From: a virus
Reading direction: 5' to 3' (one strand)
IMG/VR virus record: IMGVR_UViG_3300009071_000007
Length of the DNA: 64,000 nt
The translations under genes and the position numbers were made by a program. How positions within the stretch are numbered: position 1 is the stretch's first letter; each line of letters begins with the position of its first letter. The notes below the pieces were generated by a model. The model saw only the letters and a list, made by a program, of their open reading frames with translations, ran no database searches and was not told the DNA's origin. Positions 26,023 to 34,593 of the stretch are shown here, piece by piece.

Positions 26023-27195
26023 ATGGCAACATGGAAAAAAGTCCTGCTTGAAGGAACATCAAGCGTTGGAGATTTATCAGACGTTACGATAACTAACGCG
26101 TCTGACGCACAAATTTTAGTTCACGACGGAACAGACTTCGACAACGTAGATGTCAGTGGTGACGTAACGATCACAAACGGTGGTGCGGTCACCATCGCGA
26201 ATGACGCTGTAACCACACTGAAGATCCTCGATGCGAATGTAACATTAGCTAAAATGGCTGATAACTCAGTAGATAGCGATCAGTATGTAGATGGCTCTAT
26301 CGATACAATCCACATCGGAGACAGCCAAGTAACTTTCGCTAAGCTCGCTAATCTCTCGGCACTCAGTGTTATGGGTAACAGCTCAGGAATCGCAGCTACC
26401 CCAACTAACATCGCAATCGATACAGACCTATCCTCTGTTTCCGCTAGTAACGATACAGTTGCTTCTGCTCTTGCTATTAAAAGCTATGTCGATACGCAGG
26501 TTGCTTCTGGTTACGATCTCAATATTTCTGCTGATACGGGCACTGCCCAGGTAATCACCAACGGTGAGACGCTTGATTTAGCGGGAACGTCCAATCAGAT
26601 TACTACGACCACAGGCAGCAATTCCGTTACGTTTAGTATTCCGACCGCCTTCACCGCTCCAGGAAGTATCGCTTCAACAACTACAATCACTGCGGCTACT
26701 GGCTTGACGGTTACCACTGGCGGTGCCACGGTTACCGCTGGCGGATTGACAGTATCAGCGGGTGGAGCAGACATCACAGGAACGCTTGATGTAACTGGAG
26801 TTGCTACGTTTGATACAAACGTTACTATTGCTGGTAACCTGAGCGTTACAGGTGAAGTCACCTCTACGTCAACTACTGAGCTCCTTGTTGAAGACAAGAC
26901 CATTTTGGTTGCGAGTGGAGCTTCAGCGGCAGGCTCTGCAAACAATGCAGGTTTTGTGGTTGACACTTCTGCTTTGACCACACACACTGGAGATGCCAAG
27001 CTGAACTACCTTGAGTCAGGTGCCACGTTCTCTGAGTGGCAGATGATTAAGGCTGAAGGCGGAACCCCTAAAGACTCTGCTTATCTTGCAGGTATGGCTG
27101 TTGGAACCTCTCAGTCAGACCTCAATACCAACTATGACTGTGGCCTTGGTTCACTTGGTTGGGACGGAACTAATCTGTACATCCAAACTGCATAA
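26023..27195 (+). CDS. tail fibre protein 1
   Basis: The N-terminus MATWKKVLLEG is shared with ORF 27607. The motif GDLSDVTITNASDAQILVHDG lies at 26068-26148. A long Thr/Gly/Ala/Val beta-repeat region is present. The gene is preceded by a 70-nt AT-rich gap. Confidence 0.65.
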   Translation: MATWKKVLLEGTSSVGDLSDVTITNASDAQILVHDGTDFDNVDVSGDVTITNGGAVTIANDAVTTLKILDANVTLAKMADNSVDSDQYVDGSIDTIHIGDSQVTFAKLANLSALSVMGNSSGIAATPTNIAIDTDLSSVSASNDTVASALAIKSYVDTQVASGYDLNISADTGTAQVITNGETLDLAGTSNQITTTTGSNSVTFSIPTAFTAPGSIASTTTITAATGLTVTTGGATVTAGGLTVSAGGADITGTLDVTGVATFDTNVTIAGNLSVTGEVTSTSTTELLVEDKTILVASGASAAGSANNAGFVVDTSALTTHTGDAKLNYLESGATFSEWQMIKAEGGTPKDSAYLAGMAVGTSQSDLNTNYDCGLGSLGWDGTNLYIQTA

Positions 27196-27368
27196 TGGGT
27201 CTTCTTGGTAAGGGCAGGGATGTTGGTGGAATTGCCACTGACACCCTGACCCAACAAGAGTTAACGTTCATCTTAAAAACTTTGCACGAAACAAAGTTTG
27301 ACGGGAAGGACGTACTTTTGTTGGCCGACGTAGTAAACAAACTTCAGAATCAACTGAAGGCAAAATAG
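27195..27368 (+). CDS. small ORF (57 aa) missing from the ORF track; paralogue of ORF 27392
   Basis: Hand translation from the TAATG overlap gives MGLLGKGRDVGGIATDTLTQQELTFILKTLHETKFDGKDVLLLADVVNKLQNQLKAK, ending at TAG 27366-27368. It fills an otherwise empty 197-nt gap and aligns with the next small ORF. Confidence 0.55.
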   Translation: MGLLGKGRDVGGIATDTLTQQELTFILKTLHETKFDGKDVLLLADVVNKLQNQLKAK

Positions 27369-27391
27369 AAACATTTTAAAAACCAAATACA

Positions 27392-27595
27392 ATGTTAAAT
27401 TTAGACATAACCGAAGTGTACTTCTTATCAGAAGCTGTAAAGGCAGTAAGCGTTAAGGCATCAGACGCCCGTACAGTGGTAGCTCTTTTGGATAAACTTG
27501 AAAACGAGTTTTCTAAACTCCAAGCAAAACAAGAAGAGCCACAAGCAGCCGAACCTAAAATCTCGGAAAAGGGAAAAAAACTCAAAAAAGCATAA
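27392..27595 (+). CDS. small protein (67 aa), paralogue of ORF 27195; fibre-chaperone candidate by position
   Basis: LDITEVYFLSEAVKAVSVKASDARTVVALLDKLENEF aligns with LTQQELTFILKTLHETKFDGKDVLLLADVVNKLQNQL. Confidence 0.6.
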   Translation: MLNLDITEVYFLSEAVKAVSVKASDARTVVALLDKLENEFSKLQAKQEEPQAAEPKISEKGKKLKKA

Positions 27596-27606
27596 GGCTT
27601 TTGTAA

Positions 27607-28653
27607 ATGGCAACTTGGAAGAAAATATTAGTAGAAGGTGATGCGGTAGTCGATAACTTGGCTACCGCTGACCTTACTATAGCCGATGCCACAAGAGACG
27701 TTACTCTTGCCACGAACGGTATTCTTAATTACAAGGGTAGCGGCGGGAACATAGTACAACAGTTTGTTGATCTTGGCGGAACAAGCGCCACGGCAAACTT
27801 TGGCTGCTTAAGGATATATGAAGACAGCAACGCCGCGCAGGGGTGCGTCGAGCTTTATGAAGCTGGGGCGGGAACCAATCGTATTACGCTTTTAGCTCCG
27901 TCAAGCTTCACTCAAAACCAAAAGATAGTCTTTCCTTCTTCGTTGCCTACTGCTGGGCAGGTGCTTGAGGCCACCAGCATAAATAGCACTACGGTAACAA
28001 CTAGTTGGGCAGACGCTGGAAGCGGGTCAGGCATATCAAACGTTGTTGAAGACGAATCTCCTCAACTTGGCAGTCATTTAGACACCAACGGATACCGAGT
28101 ACAGCTAGATAATAATATCCCAATCACGGGAGACAACACCAGCGCAACAAGGTTAAACATTGCTAAGGTTAATACGAGCAATCACATTGAGTTCGGACAG
28201 GCCAGTGTAGATGCATTCCATCTTGGCGACACATACCTGGACAGATATGTGTTTGACGACGACGGAATTACATCTGACGGAAATGTAGGCAATGGAGGTC
28301 AAGTAACGCTTCTCGGTAGTAATACATCTACAACAGCAGGTAGGGCTTACTACTACAATGGCTCTGGAGGTTGGTCTTTTGCTGCTGTTTCTTCGGCTGC
28401 CGCAAATGCCTCTTTGCTTGCTGTACCTACTGGTAACACCAGTAACAGAGGCATGCTGCTGAGAGGTGTTGTCCAGGTTTCTAATGGGGGTACGAGCTTG
28501 TCTACTGGCAAGGCGGTTTACCTTACCACAAACGGTAGCTTCACCACTACTGTTCCTACCACTTCTGGTCACTATGCCCGCATCGTGGGTTACGCCCTCG
28601 ACGCAAACACGATCTTCTTTACTCCGTCTAACGATTACATTGAGATTGCGTAA
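27607..28653 (+). CDS. tail fibre protein 2
   Basis: It has the MATWKKILVEG N-terminus also found in ORF 26023. It has the GSGSGISNVVEDESPQLGSHLDTNG motif (28018-28092) also found in ORF 25479. Confidence 0.65.
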   Translation: MATWKKILVEGDAVVDNLATADLTIADATRDVTLATNGILNYKGSGGNIVQQFVDLGGTSATANFGCLRIYEDSNAAQGCVELYEAGAGTNRITLLAPSSFTQNQKIVFPSSLPTAGQVLEATSINSTTVTTSWADAGSGSGISNVVEDESPQLGSHLDTNGYRVQLDNNIPITGDNTSATRLNIAKVNTSNHIEFGQASVDAFHLGDTYLDRYVFDDDGITSDGNVGNGGQVTLLGSNTSTTAGRAYYYNGSGGWSFAAVSSAAANASLLAVPTGNTSNRGMLLRGVVQVSNGGTSLSTGKAVYLTTNGSFTTTVPTTSGHYARIVGYALDANTIFFTPSNDYIEIA

Positions 28654-29465
28654 TGCCTATTGCTTCAGTCTCTGGAATTCTGTTCTCTAATATTGCTAGT
28701 TATGCTGGCAATGCAATAGCTAATATCGCTAGGTTTCAGGGAAGGGCAACTTCTTTGTATAGTCAGGAGTGGGAGTTTGACAACCAAGTAGTAGTTCTTA
28801 CTAGCAGCGGTAACGGATGGTCTCCCAACGGGACGCATGCAAACTGGGCTAGCGGAACAGATGCTTGTTCGGATTTGAATAACAGGTGGTTTTCCACTTC
28901 TACAAGAACGGCTACTGGTTTTCGTGTAGACTCGAACGCTACTGGGTCTAGTCAGACTGGCCCCGCAGGAGCTCATAACGGTAGTGGGGGCCATGACACT
29001 AGTTCTAACACTAGGTATCTTTTTGCCGAGACGTCTGGAACCTTAGATACCAATAATGTTTTCATCGCTAGGATGCCTGGGTTCGACCCAGGCGCGTCAA
29101 TCACAGATCAGACAAACAACTTAGACCTTAAGTTTTACATGCATGGATATGGAAGGGACTGTGGTTCTCTTTATGTGTATGTAAGCACCGAGTTAAGTAC
29201 AACTGACGGTTCGTCCAACACCACGCTTCTTTGCCGATACGACAGTAGTCAGCAAAACAATACTGCTTGGACTAGAAGTAGCGGAACCAGCACCCCAAGC
29301 TCTGTGAGTTTTAATGGTAACTCCTCGAATTGGCAACAGATCACCGTCAGCTTAAACAGCATAAGAACGGATACGGGTAATAGATACATATATTTCGTAT
29401 ATGTCGGAACAGACAGCTTCAGGGGTGACTTATCTTTAGATACAATAACCATAGAGGAATCATAA
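28653..29465 (+). CDS. MAM-domain-like beta-sandwich protein (candidate adhesin / receptor-binding module)
   Basis: GW..W..TGPAGAHNG..RYLFAETSG..ARM..LKFYMHGYGRDCGSLYVYV..W..ITVSL..YFVYVG..RGDLSLDTITI follows the MAM consensus: tGP..Dht..yl..e.s, FwYhmyG...G.L.v, gdiAiDdi. Confidence 0.5.
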   Translation: MPIASVSGILFSNIASYAGNAIANIARFQGRATSLYSQEWEFDNQVVVLTSSGNGWSPNGTHANWASGTDACSDLNNRWFSTSTRTATGFRVDSNATGSSQTGPAGAHNGSGGHDTSSNTRYLFAETSGTLDTNNVFIARMPGFDPGASITDQTNNLDLKFYMHGYGRDCGSLYVYVSTELSTTDGSSNTTLLCRYDSSQQNNTAWTRSSGTSTPSSVSFNGNSSNWQQITVSLNSIRTDTGNRYIYFVYVGTDSFRGDLSLDTITIEES

Positions 29466-29665
29466 TGCCACAACAATCAGCATGGTACTGTTGCGTCTCT
29501 GGGGCGTATAAAATCTTTGACGAGACCAAGGAAAACGTTTTGGCCGTATACAAGGAGCATTCAATTCATGGAAATGATCACGAAGTAGGTCAACACTACG
29601 AAGGGACTTGGGATTCTGACATTCAAAGGTTTACTTTCCCTAACGGGGATTACCATCAATTATAG
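29465..29665 (+). CDS. hypothetical small protein (66 aa)
   Basis: TAATG overlap with the upstream gene. No motif. Confidence 0.6.
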   Translation: MPQQSAWYCCVSGAYKIFDETKENVLAVYKEHSIHGNDHEVGQHYEGTWDSDIQRFTFPNGDYHQL

Positions 29666-29686
29666 GCCACTTTAAATATATTAGTA

Positions 29687-32600
29687 ATGAAGAAGTTTAT
29701 TGCAGGAATGACAAAAGATCCAGAGAGGGTGGATCAACCGGAGGGCACCTACAGAGATGCTCTTAATGCTAATTTATACTATCAAAAAGGTGCTGTTGTA
29801 AATGAACAAGGAACAACTGCTTTTACGAATGTAGGAGGATTTTCCATAACTAATATTATCGGGCAGTGTGCGCTTAAAGATGGGAGGATAGTATTGTTCT
29901 TTAACTACGAACTAAATGGAGCGATTACAAGCGCTATTTCTATTGTAGATCCTGCAGATAAAACTAACGATATAATCTACAGAAATGCTGCACTTAATTT
30001 TAAGCCTTCTAACACAATAGAGGCTACATCTAAGACTGATGTGAACGGGGAAACTCTTGTATACTTTACAGATAATTATATGCAAAAAACTGTAGAGGCT
30101 AATACAGGTATTGAATACATATCTGACTACAATCCCCCAAGAGTACTTAATATTACTCGTCAACAAAAGAGCATCAACTTTACTAGATTGTATAACAACC
30201 CAGACTATACAGTAGAAAAGCTAGATCTATTCTTAAACGCAGGATTTGTACCAGAGTTTAGAGACATTAAAATAGAAGAGGGTGGAGGTGTTGTTAGTGG
30301 GACATATCATTTAGCACTAGCTTATGTAGACGAAGATCTCAACAGGACCAATTACTTGGTTACATCTAACCCTGTACACGTAGTTACTGAGCATGAAGAT
30401 GCTATCCCAACAGAAACAATTACAGGTGATCCACAGGGTTCACAATCAAACAAGTCCATCAGTTGGATAGTAGATATCCCTATCCCATCCAATTACACGC
30501 ACGTACGGCCCGTAATTATTCAACGATTTGGAGGAGGAATCAATCAAGAGTCTAGTGAGTTTGCGTACGAACTAGATATTGTACAAATACCAGAAGGCAC
30601 AAACAGTGAACAGTTTGTAAATCTAGAAATTACCTATACCGGACTCGAACAAGCATCAGCAGCATCTATCTCTGAAGTAGTAATTGACTCTGTTAGATAC
30701 GAAACTGCTAAATCATTTGTACAATTAGATAACAGACTGTACATCTCTAACCTAAGGGCACGAGGAGATATTGGATATCAGCGCTTTGCAAACAACATTA
30801 AAGTAATTCCTACTAACACCCAGGTACGAAAATTTGATCCAAAAAGATTTAAGGCAAGCGTGTTAAATTCTGGTTATACGAATGCGTTTGACACATATAA
30901 GCAGCTGCAGAAAGATGACCTAAATGATTCATTCTTTGCATCAAATGTAAGAAAGGGATACAAAGATGTTAGAATGTCACACAAGTACAGAGGATATCGG
31001 CGCTCTGAGGTATACGCATTCTACATCTCTTTTGTGCTTAAGGACGGATCAGAAACTTATGCGTATCATATACCAGGAAGAGAGGAACAGCTTATAGACA
31101 GAATTAATAAATATGAAACTGCATCAATCTCAGATGCAAGTAATGCGCTTCAAGACCTAGGGCTAGATGTCTCAGAATTTGAAGACCTCTACCCAGATTC
31201 AAAGATCTATCAAATTACAGACTCTCAATATTTACTAGACGAGGGTAGCACAGACATGAGCTACTGGGAAAATGAGGATGAGTTATACCCCGACACTGAG
31301 GACTTCTCTGTCTGGAGTGTTAATAGTGCTGGAGACCCTGTAGATCTTGGACTTCATCTTGGGAATACAAATATCAGGCATCACAAAATGCCCCCAAACA
31401 AGAACGACAATTTTACTTTTATTGGGCTGGAAGGAGCAGGAAACTCTACCCAGGTAAGTCCCAGCCTTTTTAATGAAAGCTCTGAGACTACTACTGGCTT
31501 CGAACTTAAAGAGTCAATAAATATACTGGGTGTTACGTTTACAGATATTGCAATTCCAACATTTATTGAAAGTCAGGTCCAGGGATTTAAAATATACTAC
31601 GCAAAAAGAAGTCAGCAAGAAAAAACTATAATAGGGCAGAGTGTAGTTGTCCCAAGTTGGTACGAGGATGAAATAGCTCTAGGAAATAGAATGAGTAATG
31701 CAGCCCATGGACCATACCTAGACGCATGGTTTTTGAGAGGGCTACTGCCTACATACTTTAGCAGATACCACCAAATCCCAGGCGATCAGATACCGAACTA
31801 TAATTCATCATCTGGTAATAAGCGAGTTATAGGTGCATTTACATTCCACGATTTTAATATGCTTAAAAATAAGCATACATTAAGTGGGGCCAGCCACATA
31901 GATGTACAGAAAGTACTTAATATGCGGATGTGGGCTGGGGGTCCCAAAAAAAAGGCAGGGAATAATGCTCCCTATATGCTAGATGGAGACTGGATAAACC
32001 CTACAATAGGAAATACACAATGGTATGAATGGACTGACGAAGGGGAACAATCAGTGCACGGCGATCCCGATGACACGACCGCAAATCCAGCAGGTGTAGC
32101 TAATTATTGGACATCAATATGGATAGCACAAAGGTATTACAACCCGAACTACGTAAATACCTCTAGCACACAGTGGAGTACAGATCAAATCGAATCTGCG
32201 CCCTACTTTCTAAACAACTACCAAACAATATTTACGTTAGCTCTTAATAGTAAAACATATATTACAGGAAGCACACTGCTTAACAATACGGACAGTAGCG
32301 CATTTAAAGACGTCGACTATTTAATGCACTTTGCTGGAGAGTCTTGTATGGCATTTGGGCTAAGCTCTGGACTTCCGGTGCTAATAGAGGAAAGAAGTTT
32401 TACTTCGACTAATGGCTATGTTGAATGGTGGCAGGACGCAAAATGGAAAACGGCTACCGGCTCAGTAAATTCTACTACCGTCGGCCTTGATTTAGAAGAA
32501 GTAAATGTAACAAACTCCAGCGGAAGTAAGATATATGGGGGATGGCCCACTATGTTCCTAGTAAATCTTTGTAGTTACAAAACAAATGTTTACAAACCAT

Positions 32601-34153
32601 TTGACCAACAAAAACTTGTTTGGACAGGGTACTACCAAGCTGTTGACTCTACAGATAGACCAGTCTCATCAGCGACAAGAGCAAAAGGACCTCAAGAGCC
32701 TACTTACAAAACAGAGACCGTATTTGGGGGAGACACTTACGTAGGGAGATACTCTTTCCGTACTACATCTCAAGATTGGGGAGCAGTTTTTTTTAAAGGA
32801 GGATCTGAAATAGACAATTCAAGTAATTGGGCGACATCCTCATGGCAAGCTGTTACTGGGGCTGGCGTTCAGTCTGTTCCTCCTTTCTATAGAGCAGTAG
32901 ATCCTTGGGCTACTGTATACAATTTCTTTTGTGAATCAGATGATTTATTAGGCTTTAGACATCAAGGAGATAATACTGAAGGGGTTTCGGTAGGAGAAAG
33001 CATGTTCTTTGATGGATCTATTGGGGCAGACGTATTATTTAATGGCCCAAACAACGATAATACTAAGTCGGAGAATCTGTTGTATATGAACAACTATTCT
33101 GCGGTGCAGGATGTAAAAGTTACAGCCCCACTCCCAAAGAAACTATTTAATCCAACATTCTACCCAACTAGAACTATTCGTTCTACTGTGGATGATGGAA
33201 GCATACAAGACAAGTATAGATTCTTCTTGGCCCTTGATTACAAAGATATTCCTAGAAACCGAGGAGCAATAACTAAAGCATTTACTTTAGGTTCTATCCT
33301 TTATCTGCATACTGAGCGCTCATTGTTTGTTACTAGAGGTAGGCAACAACTGGGATTGAGTGATAATACTCAAGCATTTGTTGGGAGCGGGGACATATTT
33401 GAGCAGAATCCTGATGAGCTAATCCCAACGACAGAGGGGTATGGGGGTAGTGATTGTCAGTTTGCATCTCTTACTACGCGCTTTGGACAGTTCTTTGTCA
33501 ATCGCAGAGACCGCAAAGTATACATGATGTCTGAGAACATAGAAGAGCTAAGTTCAGTTGGTATGGAGAAGTGGTTTTTAGACAACATTCCGTATCAGTT
33601 AGAATCATACATAGACTTGGGGGACGACATAAACTTTGACTCCCCTACAGGGAACTTCGGGTTCAACGCAACGTACGATCCAAAGTATAAAAGAATCATT
33701 CTATCCAAAAGAGAGCTAATCCCTATAGGGACATTTCTAGTTACACTTACAGGGGGATATACAATTAACGTGGATAGCGTTACAAATGATGCAATTACTA
33801 TCTCCGGTAACTTCCCAGCATTAGGAGGAAAAGCTACATTCTCATTCTCCGATACAAATAACTTCCGAGCAAGTGGATGGACAATATCCTATTACCCAGA
33901 AATAAAAGTATGGGGCAGCAGACATAGTTACTTGCCTAACCTCTTTGCAAACAACCAAAGAGAGTATTACGGATTAACTAACACAGGTCCTACTAATGTT
34001 TGGGAGCACTCTAACTTTGCATCCCCAGGCAATTTTTACAATACTCAGTACAATTTTGAGTTTGAGTTCATAGATAATACCGAGGTAGCAAGCCCTAAAA
34101 TTTTCACAGCGCTCCGGTATTGGCTAGAGGTTGTAGAGCCCACAGGAATATGA
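29687..34153 (+). CDS. large virion (tail/hub-type) structural protein, 1488 aa
   Basis: Uninterrupted 4.5-kb ORF in the tail region. It ends at TGA 34151-34153, and the same frame continues open downstream. See findings. Confidence 0.85.
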   Translation: MKKFIAGMTKDPERVDQPEGTYRDALNANLYYQKGAVVNEQGTTAFTNVGGFSITNIIGQCALKDGRIVLFFNYELNGAITSAISIVDPADKTNDIIYRNAALNFKPSNTIEATSKTDVNGETLVYFTDNYMQKTVEANTGIEYISDYNPPRVLNITRQQKSINFTRLYNNPDYTVEKLDLFLNAGFVPEFRDIKIEEGGGVVSGTYHLALAYVDEDLNRTNYLVTSNPVHVVTEHEDAIPTETITGDPQGSQSNKSISWIVDIPIPSNYTHVRPVIIQRFGGGINQESSEFAYELDIVQIPEGTNSEQFVNLEITYTGLEQASAASISEVVIDSVRYETAKSFVQLDNRLYISNLRARGDIGYQRFANNIKVIPTNTQVRKFDPKRFKASVLNSGYTNAFDTYKQLQKDDLNDSFFASNVRKGYKDVRMSHKYRGYRRSEVYAFYISFVLKDGSETYAYHIPGREEQLIDRINKYETASISDASNALQDLGLDVSEFEDLYPDSKIYQITDSQYLLDEGSTDMSYWENEDELYPDTEDFSVWSVNSAGDPVDLGLHLGNTNIRHHKMPPNKNDNFTFIGLEGAGNSTQVSPSLFNESSETTTGFELKESINILGVTFTDIAIPTFIESQVQGFKIYYAKRSQQEKTIIGQSVVVPSWYEDEIALGNRMSNAAHGPYLDAWFLRGLLPTYFSRYHQIPGDQIPNYNSSSGNKRVIGAFTFHDFNMLKNKHTLSGASHIDVQKVLNMRMWAGGPKKKAGNNAPYMLDGDWINPTIGNTQWYEWTDEGEQSVHGDPDDTTANPAGVANYWTSIWIAQRYYNPNYVNTSSTQWSTDQIESAPYFLNNYQTIFTLALNSKTYITGSTLLNNTDSSAFKDVDYLMHFAGESCMAFGLSSGLPVLIEERSFTSTNGYVEWWQDAKWKTATGSVNSTTVGLDLEEVNVTNSSGSKIYGGWPTMFLVNLCSYKTNVYKPFDQQKLVWTGYYQAVDSTDRPVSSATRAKGPQEPTYKTETVFGGDTYVGRYSFRTTSQDWGAVFFKGGSEIDNSSNWATSSWQAVTGAGVQSVPPFYRAVDPWATVYNFFCESDDLLGFRHQGDNTEGVSVGESMFFDGSIGADVLFNGPNNDNTKSENLLYMNNYSAVQDVKVTAPLPKKLFNPTFYPTRTIRSTVDDGSIQDKYRFFLALDYKDIPRNRGAITKAFTLGSILYLHTERSLFVTRGRQQLGLSDNTQAFVGSGDIFEQNPDELIPTTEGYGGSDCQFASLTTRFGQFFVNRRDRKVYMMSENIEELSSVGMEKWFLDNIPYQLESYIDLGDDINFDSPTGNFGFNATYDPKYKRIILSKRELIPIGTFLVTLTGGYTINVDSVTNDAITISGNFPALGGKATFSFSDTNNFRASGWTISYYPEIKVWGSRHSYLPNLFANNQREYYGLTNTGPTNVWEHSNFASPGNFYNTQYNFEFEFIDNTEVASPKIFTALRYWLEVVEPTGI
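34151..34153 (+). other. in-frame TGA (UGA-C context) separating ORF 29687 from the ATG-less ORF 34166 in the same frame
   Basis: 29687 and 34166 are both congruent to 2 mod 3. Only the sense codons caa tct tca gta lie between the TGA and the TTG the track uses as a start. Confidence 0.9.
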
Positions 34154-34165
34154 CAATCTTCAGTA

Positions 34166-34591
34166 TTGTATAAACATACATCCCCCGGATTCGATGCATT
34201 CTATGTTTACAACAGCACCCAAATCTCTGGAGATGGAACAGACCCTATAAACTACCTGTCAAATGCAAGGCTTGTAAATAACTTTTGGTATATTAACCAA
34301 TTTAGAGATAAAAGCACATATGAACTTAACACCTCAACTGTACTGGCTAATGGCGAGCTCAACGTCCAGGATGACTTTAATCAAGGGTCAACAACTACGC
34401 TGTTTAATACCTCCATGTTTACGGAAGAAGGCATCGTAAATGGAGACTATATAAATGCTAATAAATCTTGGTACAACCAAAAAAGATTTGTTGATCATTA
34501 CCTAGGAATACGTTTGATTAATAACAACTTAGATGGTAATTTAATATATTTGTATTCCGCAGGAACTAAGTTCCGACAATCCTTTAGATAA
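34166..34591 (+). CDS. either a read-through C-terminal extension of the 1488-aa protein or a separate 141-aa ORF with a TTG start
   Basis: It is in the same frame as ORF 29687. The first ATG is at codon 84 of 141, and no promoter or leader is present. The composition looks coding. Confidence 0.6.
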   Translation: MYKHTSPGFDAFYVYNSTQISGDGTDPINYLSNARLVNNFWYINQFRDKSTYELNTSTVLANGELNVQDDFNQGSTTTLFNTSMFTEEGIVNGDYINANKSWYNQKRFVDHYLGIRLINNNLDGNLIYLYSAGTKFRQSFR

Positions 34592-34593
34592 TC

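Noticed and set aside
24109-29465. Diversity-generating retroelement acting on the fibre genes
   Set aside because: There is no reverse-transcriptase ORF in the window. The repeated fibre modules are similar mainly at the protein level, not as a near-identical TR/VR nucleotide pair with adenine-specific differences.
34151-34153. Genome-wide reassignment of TGA (code 4/25-like or crAss/Lak-style stop recoding) as the explanation for the in-frame TGA
   Set aside because: TGA closes many ORFs cleanly. Examples are the ATGA overlaps at 13756-13759, 18689-18692 and 40943-40946, and the stops at 2244, 19825 and 20126. No other long ORF is interrupted by an in-frame TGA. The event is therefore local.
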